Assembly: GCF_021028975.2 (NCBI RefSeq)
Contig: NC_059437.1
Span: forward strand, 32,798,001 to 32,862,000
Length of the DNA stretch: 64,000 nt
Direction: 5' to 3'
Source of the DNA: Sphaerodactylus townsendi
Taxonomy: Eukaryota
Positions 13,161-24,057 of the stretch are shown here, piece by piece. The position numbers and the translations under genes were made by a program. Numbering within the stretch: the first letter of the stretch is position 1; each line of letters begins with the position of its first letter. The notes under the pieces are model-generated. The model was not told the DNA's origin, made no database searches, and saw only the letters and a list, made by a program, of their open reading frames with translations.

Positions 13161-13612
13161 CTTGTAGGGAGGGGAAGAGAAACAGGAGGGGACAGGTAAG
13201 TGCCTGCATGGAAGTGCAAGTAGTCAGCCAAAAGTAAGGGGCTGCCTGAGGAGGTACCAAAGAACAGGATTTTAGGGAGAGCCCAAAACTAGCCAACCCC
13301 CCCTAAAGCATCAGGCATTTCTGTTCACCCCTCTCCTATGAAACAATGGCAGATGGTTCCTGAACTCCTCTCCCCCTATTCAAAACAGCAGAGTCCTGAA
13401 ACCCTCCATGCATAATCTCAAAGATTATAGGTACATTTGCATAATTATTTGTTCTGATTTGGCTTGGAATTACAGGAGGCTGAGATAAAGAGGTAGTAGG
13501 AAAGAGACACCGGTTGGCTAACAGGATGCTCTTCCATTCAAGAGGACCAGCTGGTAGGTGTGTTTTGGTTTTACAAGCTGCCATAACTGCACCCTACCTG
13601 CCCATAGCATAC

Positions 13613-13885
13613 CTTTTCTTCCTCTGGAGCATCAGAGTCCAGGTTGCTAAGGGCATTCTCCACCCTGGCCAGTCTCCCGGAAAGCGAGAGAAACAGGTTG
13701 ACTACTTTGTCCAGGTCTCCGATGAAGAGGCGGAACTTCTCAAATTCGTGCTGCTTGCAGACCCCCTTGACGTGACTCTCCACTTCTTTGCCCAGGATTA
13801 CATTGGCATTGATGTCATCCTGCAAGCCCCGCTGGGCCTCCTGCAGCACCGCCAGCTTCCGGCTGATGCTTTCAATCAGCTGCAC
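13613..13885 (-). CDS. SHROOM4: SHROOM4 coding exon 10 (ASD2)
   Basis: CAG|...|GTATG; [11 protein letters not shown]...[26 protein letters not shown]; 273 nt, phase 0/0. Confidence 0.96.
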
Positions 13886-13923
13886 CTGGGAAAGGGAGAG
13901 GCCACAATAGGATGCCGTTAGAA

Positions 13924-14068
13924 CATAGGTGTCCAAATCTGGCACTTCAGATGTTCATGGACTACAATTCTCACCAGCCCCTGCTGGCATGGCAATTGGC
14001 CATGCCAGCAGGGGCTGATGGGAATTGTAGTCCATGAACATCTGAAGCGCCAGAGTTCGACACCCCTG
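13924..14068. mobile_element. palindromic hAT (Charlie/Buster-type) MITE
   Basis: Near-perfect 145-bp hairpin; TSD CGTTAGAA/CATTAGAA. Confidence 0.85.
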
Positions 14069-15341
14069 CATTAGAAGCATGGTGGGGCAGCATTAAGGGA
14101 AAAGGAAGTTTCTGAACTTCTTTTAGCCACTGGCTACCAACCCACCAGAGTGGAAGTTCTGTAATTGCTTAGGATCTCTAATGACGTGTTCTCCATACCC
14201 TCCCTCTGAGAGACAAGTCCCAAAGTTTTCATGACACTGCAATGCATGATAATCAAGTGTTTTCAAACCAATCTGACTGTGCAGCACTGGCAGGCAGGCA
14301 AGCCCTTATTATGTCAGGTGATCTTGGGCTATTGTTTAATCAGATACATTTATATTGATGAAAATCTGAAGGAAAAAGGCAAGCTTAGGAGACACACAAG
14401 GCTATCCTTCAGCCTGAGATGGAATATCAAATCAGGCTTGGAGGCTGGAAACGATCGTGTAGCTATTAATATTTTAAAGACCAAAAACCAACACGTGGGA
14501 GGTGAAATTTAAGCAGGGGGAATTAACTCGTTCTGACTCTTGGTGAGCACCTCTGGGGGTCTTAAAATCTGCCCTACTCTCTTCTCAACTAAAAAACCCT
14601 TATTTTTGTAATGCACAAATTGCTTTAACACCAACCATCATCCTTTGGCTTCCTTCACTTACACACTCATACACAAGGTCAGCATGGGAAATGCTTTGGT
14701 CTTCAGAGTTAGCCAGACCCAGTAGGGACTCCCCAAATGGGACAGATGTGGGCATTTCACACCCAGCCGAGTCCCAAGCAGCAGAAGCAAAAATACATTA
14801 GCAACTTGAATGGGAGAAAAGGGGCCCCAGGAGGCTTTAATCCACAGGCTAACTCCAGCAAGATTTAAAGCAAAGTTTTCATGCCGGCATCCTCCCCACC
14901 CCTGCCCCCAAGGGGAGGACTCATACAAAAGTATGGAGGACAGCTGCAGAAAATGGGCACAGAAATCAACGCCCCAAAAGCACCCAGCTTTCATACACTG
15001 TCCAAAAAGAGTGCATTGCTAGCCCTCATGGCTGCAACAAGGCAGACTTCAAAGTGTGTGGGGCAAAGCTTGGATACATCATGCCAGAAACCTAGGGGAG
15101 AAGGGAGGAAAGTAGGACTTTCAGAGTCCTACAAGCTTTTTGCTTCTCCCCATGACTAGCATGAGGTCCTAGAGATTTTTGTAGCATGAGGTCCTAGAGA
15201 TGGGGCTACAGGTCAGCAAAGTTAGGGCCTGCCTCCTCCTCTGGACTCTACTGGGGGCTTCTTTCTCCAGATTTGCTGGGACTACAGGAGAGAATGATCT
15301 CTGACAGACAATTCGCTCTCCGGATGAGCAGGGTCTCTTAC

Positions 15342-15501
15342 CTTTTTTTGGGCCAGATCGTGGTCCGGCTCCTCCTCTTCTGCACTGGCTCCTGAAAGCT
15401 CTTTCATCTTGTTCAGCAACTCGGCCTTTCCTGATGACAGGCTGTAATAGGCTGAACAGGTGGTGCCTGCTGAGGTTGGAGAGGCAGGCTGAGCTGGATG
15501 C
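15342..15501 (-). CDS. SHROOM4: SHROOM4 coding exon 9 (start of ASD2)
   Basis: CAG|...|GTAAG; SAYYSLSSGKAELLNKMKE...DHDLAQKK; 160 nt, phase 2/0. Confidence 0.93.
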
Positions 15502-15804
15502 CTGCACCAAGAAAGAGCATGACAGAGACTAAATTCTGTGTGACCCCAAGGGGCCAGAAGACCCAAGTCTCAGCACAACTGGGAGCAAAAGGTTGGACAA
15601 AACCCTATCTTTCGGGGACACCTTCAGGGGAACCCTATGTCCACGTATTCAGCTATGAGGGAAGGTTGAGGCAGGGTCCCACAAGACTCAAAACAGTTCC
15701 ACAGGTAGGACAACTTTCTGCTTCCCCAGCAACCCCCACACTTTCAGTTTCCAAAAACATGGGTGCTTCTATCTGCAAGTCTCAGCTCACCAAGCAGTTC
15801 CTAC

Positions 15805-16078
15805 CTCTCAGGAAGTTCCTTGCCAGCCACCTGCGGTTTCCAGTCCTGCCTCTTCCACATCTCGCACTTGCCGGGGGAGAAGAGGTCGCTCATCACCTCG
15901 GCTGCTGTCACTGGCCCTAAGGATGGATTCAGCACACCTGCCAGAGAACGGTCCCTGCCTGCCACATCCCTCATCAGCTCTTCAGAGTTCAGGTGGAAGG
16001 GCGGTGCTGGACTTGCTGTGCCTGGATGACAGCCGTCTCCTCCAGCACCCGCTTGCATGGACTCGTAGTCTTTGGAGC
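15805..16078 (-). CDS. SHROOM4: SHROOM4 coding exon 8
   Basis: TAG|...|GTAGG; contains NSEELMRDVAGRDRSLAGVLNPS...MSDLF, a Shroom2/3-type pre-ASD2 motif; 274 nt, phase 1/2. Confidence 0.82.
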
Positions 16079-16155
16079 CTATGTGGAGAGACATCGTGTC
16101 AGTCAGGAGAAAGGACATCAGGGCATTGGCAATCCCGAGACAAAACGTGACTCAC

Positions 16156-16268
16156 ACAGACTGGAGGGGCTGACTGCTGGCTGCTCTGGGTCTCTGCTAG
16201 ACGCTGCGCTCTGCTCCTTATCCCACGAGAGCTCGGCTTTTGCTTCCTCTGCCAGGGAACTCGCTGGC
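16156..16268 (-). CDS. SHROOM4: SHROOM4 coding exon 7 (predicted)
   Basis: AAG|...|GTGAGT; 113 nt open, phase 2/1, exactly bridging exon 6 (phase 2) to exon 8 (phase 1); followed by a 77-bp intron. Confidence 0.65.
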
Positions 16269-16585
16269 CTTCAACACAAAACCAACCAGGTACGGGTAAG
16301 AAACAGATTAACAACACTGCATCTTCACAAGCACAGGTACTGCAGGCTCCCTTCCCCCAAGTTGTCATTTCCAAACAGAAACTTTTGCTACAGCCACAAT
16401 ATAGTTCAAGCTGAACCTCCCCAAAGAGGGGCAATTTGCCCATGTCAAGATACCCAATAACAGAATATGTAAAGACCCCGGGCACTGATTTCCCCAACCC
16501 TGCCCAGCCAGTCATTCCTGGAGCACTATCCCCCCATCCTTCCCTGGAGTTTGAGCAATAGGACATAAAAATCCCTGGAACTTGC

Positions 16586-17248
16586 CTGGAAGAGTCACTC
16601 TCGCCACCCAAGTCTGGAGTTGGCCACTCTGGAGTCCCACGTGGTGAGCCACGGCAATAGTAGTGAAGGTTTCCCTGCTCCTTGGGCAAAGGGGACCCCT
16701 GAGGCCTGGGCTGGGGGTCCCGGGCCACATCATGCCAGAGCTGCTCCAGGGGCAGGCTCTGAGACCGTTGCCTGGCCATTGCTGTGCTGTCCTGGCTGGA
16801 GGCGTGAGAGTCTTCTGGGACTGCCGCCAGGCCAGCCTCAGTGGAAAGCGGCTGGTGGCAGAAGGCATGGCGTGGGTGGTACTTCTCCCACTTTGGGGGT
16901 GGGGGTCGTGGAGGGGGCGGCCCCTTCTTTCTGGTCATGCAAGGCAACTCCTCCAACTTGGCCAGTGGGGCCTCTCGCCTCTGTCTTCTAGAAGCACTGC
17001 CTGACTCCCCGCAAAGATGGCTTTCAGAATACGCCCTCTCGCGCAGTGGGTGCTTGCGTGGTTCAGCGGCACCCTCCTCGTAGGCGCCCTCCTCCTCCTC
17101 CACAGCTCGGCCTGGCCTCTCGCCATCCCAAGAGAGGCTGTGAGTGGACACAGCCCGGCAGAAAGGAGCCCACTCTGGCTCAAAGTTTTCTGAGCAGGCC
17201 CGGAAGGGTCCTACCCTCACAAAGCCCATCTTCTGCTGTGCCAGCTCG
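16586..17248 (-). CDS. SHROOM4: SHROOM4 coding exon 6
   Basis: CAG| acceptor; LRERAYSESHL, KKGPPPPRPPPPKWEKY, RQRSQSLP; ends at AG|GCAAGT (GC donor, inferred); 663 nt. Confidence 0.85.
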
Positions 17249-18406
17249 CTGGAAGAAAGACCAGGACACAGTTGAGAGAGCAGCAACGCTGGGACTCTCC
17301 AGCTCAGGCAGCCCCTGCAGCGCCAGGCTTTGTACGAGGCACACAGCTTAGGACTCCCAGCCCGTTCCAGAAGTCTGACTTCAGCTACTGGACTCCTCAA
17401 TTAGCTCAGTTCACTTTGGCAAAGATCCTCCCTTCCCTAATCAAAAGCCAGCTCTGTGAAGGATGCCAGCTCATTAGTTACAGCCGGGAGCTAAGCGAGG
17501 CTCTAGCTGGCCCTGCAATGTGGTCACTGTTCCTCCGCGAAGAATTAACAGCAGGAGCAGACTTCTGGTCATGAGGCCAGCTGAGCAAAACAGCTCAACT
17601 ACACAAAGGGATAGTTGTCAACCCACAGCAGCAACATTACAATAATGTCTGGCAAGCCTGACGAGGGGAAAGAAATCTTCTGAATGTTTGCTGCGAGTGC
17701 GTGTGTATGTGGAGAGGGAGGATGCGTTTTCTCTGGCCCTTGTGCGGGCTTCAGCGGGCTCACTGGCAGATGTTCTGACCTTCTGCCCATCAGGGCCTCC
17801 TGCACATACTAGGCCCAAGTCAGGCTCTTTTGCTCAGGGGCCCCTCCCAAATCTTCTGCTGGGCTCCACTGTTTCCTTTGTGGTGTGGACAGACAGACAG
17901 ACGCAAGCACGCACACACACACACACAGGTTGTTCATGTTTTGCATTCTTGGCTGCTATCATTCCAGTCACACACTATATTCCTCCAACAGCAGGAGGAG
18001 TTGTGGGTGGCTCTCGGCATCCAAAGAACGGTCCCCACTGGCCTCGGTTTGTGCCATGTGCCAGATGCCACAAAGATGCAGTATTTATCCACAAAGCGAA
18101 CTGCCTCTTGACCCTCCCAGAAGAGCAGCTATGGCAAACACAAAGCTCAGCAGGAATGGGAAGTAGTGCTTTTGCTATCTTCTGACCCGCAAGAATCCCC
18201 TCTGTGGGCTGCTGGTGCCCAAAACTGCATTCAGGCCACATAGTCATTGGTACGGTGGTCATTGATGGAAAGCCCTCTTCTGTATTATGAGCAAATTCAA
18301 CAGGCAGGAGCACCCCACAAGCACCACAAGGACATCTGTGGCAGGCAAATGGATTCTCTGCCGCCCCAGGAGACCCAAGGGCAAGTGTTCCCCGCCCTGT
18401 CCTTAC

Positions 18407-18468
18407 CTCATTGACTGGCTGTTCTTTCTGTTTATTGCCGGGGGCTCCCAGTTATCCACGGGAAATTC
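18407..18468 (-). CDS. SHROOM4: SHROOM4 coding exon 5
   Basis: CAG|...|GTAAG; EFPVDNWEPPAINRKNSQSM; 62 nt, phase 0/2. Confidence 0.88.
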
Positions 18469-19063
18469 CTGGAAAGAAGAACCAAAGGGTGAGGGGATGG
18501 AACAGGACACAGTTCTTCTCGCAGGCTGCCTTTCAGACTGGACTATGGTGATGGTGCTGGGCAGTCCAGGAGAGACAAGCCTATCCTTACTCATTGTAAG
18601 GAGAACACCTTTATTAGTGACCTGACTGATTTTCTACATTTGACAGAGCTGGGGATTGTGGGGCCACAAGTGAGCTGAGAGATACGGTGCTAAGGCTAAG
18701 CCCACCACTTTGAAAGGGAAAGGGATTTCACAGATGAGAGGAAGCCCTGGGCAAGAGGGAGCTACTGAGTGTGCATAACCCCCAACCCCTGACTCTGGGG
18801 CATTAAAACCCGAGCAAAAGCAGATACCCCAGGTAGCTTGTAAGCCACATGTGATGATTACAACTTACCTGTCCCCTAGGGAAATGTTCTACCCTCAATA
18901 GATCCTGTCCTCCATCAGATTCATCTGCTTTTCTTACACAGGGTTAGCCAAGTAAAGCATCTATTCTGGCCAGCAGCAGCCTCCCCCAGCCCCACTATAA
19001 CTAAGTCAAGTGACCATGTACATGCAAACCGTGAGCACTGCACCCTGAACGCACTCCTCTTAC

Positions 19064-21317
19064 CTGCGGGAAGGTCTTCCTGCCCTGCCAGGGACCTCCT
19101 TCCTCCAGGAGCTTGTGCTGAGCTGGGCAGCAGCAGTCAGTGCAGCGGGCCCAGGGGCGATGATGGCAGTGGTGGGCATAATGGCTGGATGGCGCTGGCA
19201 TGTTCCTCTGAAGCAAGGCGGGACATCTCTCCCCACAGCAGTAGGCACAGGCCTCTCGGGTCGCACAAGCACAGGGAAGGGACCGCCAACACTCACAGTC
19301 TCTGTGCCGGGCCAGTGGCTTGTAAAACCCAGACACCTCTGATCGGAACTCCGGGTAGATGGGAGGGGAGGACGGCGAGCCGTAGGAGTGGTCCATGGAG
19401 TGCCGGCGCTGGTCCCTGTGCTCAGAACTCACTGGCTGGAAAGAGTTTGGGTCCACCTCTCTTGGATGCAGACTTCCGGGCCTGCTGCGGTGGAAGGCTG
19501 CATGCACGGGGGCTGGAGCCTTACTTGTCTCCTCAAAGAACTTCCGCCTGTCAGCAAAAGGCAGGAGGCCAGATTCTTCTGCAGGCCGCGATGGTGAGCC
19601 TGGCCCCGGCCCCTGGGGGCTCTGAGAGTGGGGCTGCAATTTGTGCTCCGGAGACCACCGCCAGCGGCCTCTTCCCCCAGAGGGCAGGTGCAGGGCTGCT
19701 GGGACCTTCTCAGTTTCTAGCAAGGGGGCCTTCCACTTGGGCTCTGAAGGCACCCTGCTGGGGCTCTGGGGATCAACCGCTCCTTGCAGCACACTCAGTT
19801 CAGAGCCCCAGCGCTTGGGACCGGTGGTTCTGTGTGGCCTGCTTTCTGCTGGGAGGGGTGGAGCAGCAGGGGCAGGAGGAGGGGAAGGAAGAGGAGGAGG
19901 AGAGGGGGCAGGAGCAGTGGGGCTGTCGGGGGGCTCCTCCGTCTCCTGCACCGGCTCCTCTCCACACAGCAGTATGGCAGAGCCTTTGGCCTTCTGGAGT
20001 TGGGCCTTGCGCCATTGGATCTCGTTGCGCAGATTGGTGGCAAAACGGTCGCTGTGCCGGCGCATCTGGGCCGAGCGGTGCTGAGCCGAGCCTCCCTTCC
20101 TCACGACGGGCTGCCTCCCTTCACCACCTCGTCCCCCTTCCATTAAAGCATCTGTACTGGGGACAGCCTTGAGGCCTGGTTGGGTGTCACCTGAAGGCGG
20201 AAACTCAACCGAGGCACTCCTGGGCCTCTCTTGAATGGTGCGGCTGCTCTCGGGAGACCAAGGCCCTTCCCCTGAAACTGGGCAAAGGTCCGACTCTTGT
20301 TCCTGACCGGAGTGGCTCTGATTGCTGTGGCCTTGAATCAGCCGTGGTTCCTGGGTTCTGGTTGTCTTGCTCTCCACATGCAGTGGAGAAACTGTCCAGT
20401 GGGGTCCCTCCTGGCTATGGGCTACATTCAGAGTCTGCAACTGGGCAGCCAACAGCTGCTCAGGGGCACTGTGCCGGTGAGCCAGGTGGCCCAACCAACA
20501 AGCCTTCCAAGCAAAGGGAGAGAGGTTGTTCCGGCCGCCTCGCTCAGCCTCACGCTCCTTGCTGTCCGCACGCTGGGCAGGCTCTTCCGGAGGGGGAACC
20601 CCTCCCTCCTCATTCAGAAGTGACTCCATGCTCTGCGCTCCTCTCTCCATGGGCAGGTGTCTGTCTGCGTGGGAGCTCAGCAAATAGTACTGGTCGGTGG
20701 AAAGGGTTTCTTTGGTGTGGCTCGCAGAGGCCAGTTGCCCGCAGATCCCTTCAGGGTCTCTGCCACGCACACAGAGAGAAATGTCTGAGGTCCACTTGCC
20801 TTTTGGGTGCAAAGAATCGGCCTGAGGCAAAGCCCCCCGTACCTCTGCGCTGGCTGGAGAGGGGTTGCAAGCGCGCAGGCTGTCCTGCCTCACAGGGGGC
20901 TGCGGAGGGGCAAAGGCTTTGGCAGAGCTGGGAAAGTGAGTTTCCTGAGTGCAGGAGGCTGGCCTTGCACTGGGGCTGAGCTGGCCGGTCAGGGAAGGCA
21001 CGCTGACGGCGCCCGACGTCTCGCTACCTTCGCTGCCCGTCTGCAGGTAGCGGGGGTCCGGCAGCTGGCCTTGCTGAATATATTCAGCGGAGCTGTTCTC
21101 TTCGGGTCTCAAGGCAGAGTCGGAAGTGTTAGAGCTGGCCGAGAAGGAGCTGTAGGCAGAGTCGCGCTTGTTCTGGTACATGGCCTGGTCAATGGGGGAG
21201 AGGCTGCCCTCGTAGTAGGTCTGGCTGGGCTGGTCCAGACTCTCCATGCTCCCGAGGGAGCTGCTCTTGTCAGTGCTGCAGTGGCGCGACAGCGGGTTCC
21301 ACGGCAAGGACAGGTCG
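19064..21317 (-). CDS. SHROOM4: SHROOM4 coding exon 4 (large central exon)
   Basis: CAG|...|GTAAG; STDKSSSLGSMESLD, NKRDSAYSSFSASS, RFATNLRNEIQWRKAQLQK, PFADRRKFFEE, Cys/His-rich tail; 2254 nt, phase 2/0. Confidence 0.96.
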
Positions 21318-22279
21318 CTGCAGGGGCAGGGAAGAGGAGACACCACCCAAGATCAGGACCACTCAAGCTCAGAAGGGCAGAATCCTGTCCCAGCTGACTC
21401 AGGGCACTTTGCAGTCTAGCTCACTACCCTCCCACCCTCCCCTTACTTACGGTGGTCATCTGCCAGGATGTTGCCAAGACAACACCACAGCCCATGTTTA
21501 ACATCTCCATTTAAAAGGACCTTTTTGGAAAAGACCCTCAAATGGGTGGCAGGCAAGGAGGTCTAAGCAATGCTGGCAGCCAGTAATGGAGAAGCACAGG
21601 AGGAGGAAAAGATCCCAGCTGCCCAACGTGGAGGATGGCCCCAAAGGCCAGGAGCTGCTTCTCTGATGGCTTCCCTGCCCCTTGGGGATGAACAGTCCTT
21701 CACTGGGCAGCACCACCTGTCCCAAAGGTGCACCTGGGCCATGTGATGGTCATCCTGCTGAGATGACACCCTAGCCTCAAAAAGCAAGCGATGACAGAAT
21801 TTGGGGGCTGGACAAATCATTCCCTTCTACACTGCTACATACGGAATTACTAACAGATTCTATTTCTAATCTGTCTTTCCACCATTATGGAATTTCAAGA
21901 GTGTATATGGGAATTCCCAGGGAATTTCCTATCCAAGTACTGAACACACCTGGACCTATTTAGTTTTGGTATGGTGAATGCCTGAGTCCCTAAGGATCTG
22001 ACGTCTACACTAGCTTCACAGGAAGGCTTGGATCCCACCAACCCCCAGCTGCCCTCACTGCAGCCTCCTCAGCTGAGGCAGCCCCACCTCCACCCTCACA
22101 GTGCTGATCTGGGCTCTCCAGATGAGGCAACCCCCCCCTCCAGTGTTGACCACCTCCCACAGAGATATTCTGGGCCAGTGGGCCTGCTGGGGACTCCCCA
22201 GCCAAGGCAGACACCCCCACCCCCGTCACATTTGTTTCATATCTGATCCTTGTAACAATTCAGTTTGACACCCAGTTTG

Positions 22280-23322
22280 ACAAACCCAAACAAAGAGAGG
22301 CTCAGATGACCACCCAACTACCCTGACACATTTCTGCATTTATATGAAAACACACACATGGGGAGTGGGGGTGGATGCAGGAGGTACTGGAAAGCTACTG
22401 GGAGCTCATGAGCTACCTGTTGGAGACAACCCCACCCCCCTCCCGCCCGGGCATCATGCTTCCCCATGTCCCACTTGTTCTTTATAGAACATCCTTTTTG
22501 TTGGGCCCTGCAGGGGGACAGTCTTCCTTTTCAAGGCAACTTCTGCCCCAGTATCCCTTGTTGCTGTGGCTTCTGTCTCTTTTCAGAATCCAGGCAGGCA
22601 GGAGTGATCCCGAGCACCCGAAGAGCCGTTTCAGGTCAGGGGAGAAGAGTACACACAACATGCCTGCCACACCCGCCAACCAGACGGAATTGGCAGCTCC
22701 AGCTCTTTTCACTTGGGCAAGAGATCTGGAATTCATTACCTCCTTTTCTGGCAGCCGGAGAATCTCCCAAGCCGCCTCCCTTCCTGACAGGAGATGAGAG
22801 AAAGCTCAGCCCAAAACAAGCAGCTGCCAGGGAGCCAGCTCCAGCCCGTGCCCCACGCCCAGCTCAGCTCAGCTCAGCTCGCACCATGGGGACGGTTTTG
22901 CCCCGGGGCCAGCAACAGCTCTGAGAAGGAAGGGTGCAAATCAACCCCGCAGAAGCTCCCCAACAAGACCCATTCATGTCATGGAGCAGCCTGATGAAGA
23001 AGCCGAGCCACACGCTGCTCTGAGTTCCCAGGCAAGGCTCACAGGAACCGCCAAGTGAGAGCACGGAGGGGGTAGGCAGCCCCCTCCCCAGCACCCTAGG
23101 AAATTCAGCACTGAACCTAACCAGCAACACAATCCATCCTGTGGCCCTTCAGGGCAGCCACAGAGCTCCCAGCTCTGGCTTGATGACAAATCCAGCAAAA
23201 AAGCAGCTGTCTAGGATAACTGAGGTACAAACCCAAACAAAGAGAGGCTCAGATGACCACCCAACTACCCTGACACATTTCTGCATTTATATGAAAACAC
23301 ACACATGGGGAGTGGGGGTGGA
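22280..23322 (+). repeat. exact 96-bp dispersed duplication (22280-22375 = 23227-23322)
   Basis: Identical ACAAACCCAAACAAAGAGAGGCTC...GGGGTGGA in both places. Confidence 0.9.
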
Positions 23323-23492
23323 ATAGCCAGGAACTACTCTGGCCGTCAAAGAAACCAGACACCAGACCGTCTGAGCCCCTGATTAATCCTCCTGAATATA
23401 CTCACCCATCTTCAGCCCCTCTTGCTGCTATGAATACTGTACCTAAGAGGGGAACGCATGGGCACAAGGACCCTTCTCCACTGTCTACTCAC

Positions 23493-23624
23493 CTGGTGTC
23501 ACATCCCGAGTGCCAGGAGAGGCTGAAGGCATCTGCAGGAAAGTGCATGGTGGCAGTCTCAGTCCGGACCTCGGACAGCTTGGCCAGATGCCATGAGTGA
23601 GGCCTGATGACGGGCACGTTCCTC
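23493..23624 (-). CDS. SHROOM4: SHROOM4 coding exon 3
   Basis: CAG|...|GTGAG; RNVPVIRPHSWHLAKL...AFSLSWHSGCDT; 132 nt, phase 2/2. Confidence 0.93.
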
Positions 23625-23772
23625 CTGCCCAGTGGCAAGAATGAAAAGGACATTACTGGGAGGAAGGCACACTAAGACTCCCTTACCCAAAGACACACAC
23701 ACACACACAACACCAGGGAAGTATAGTGAGGAGCTGATATAAGGCAAGGAACCTAGAGTGTCCAGACCTACC

Positions 23773-24057
23773 AAGAAGAAGAAGAGTTTGGATTTATATC
23801 CCCCCCTTTCTCTCCTATAAGGAGACTCAAAGGGGCTTGCAATCTCCTTTCACCCCTCCCTGCAACAAACACCCTAAGAGGTAGGTAGGGCTGAGGGAGC
23901 TCCAAAGAACTGTGACTAGCCCAAAGACACCCAGCTGACATGTGTTGGAGTGCACAAGCTAATCTGGTTCTCCAGATAAGCCTCCACAGCTCTAGTGGGA
24001 GGGGAATCAAATAGATTAGAGTACACCTGCCTTTAACCACTACAGCACACTGGCTCA
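23773..24057 (-). mobile_element. tRNA-derived SINE, Squam3-like
   Basis: Reverse complement of the 7987-8290 family, with an (AAG)n tail. Confidence 0.85.

Noticed and set aside
16099-17400. 433-aa ORF as a single exon
   Set aside because: Both ends run into intronic sequence. Only 17248-16586 resembles SHROOM4, and the splice sites explain the rest.
19060-21397. Numerous overlapping or antisense ORFs (e.g. 19189-20172, 20344-20979, 20807-21397)
   Set aside because: Shadows of the GC-rich SHROOM4 exon 4.
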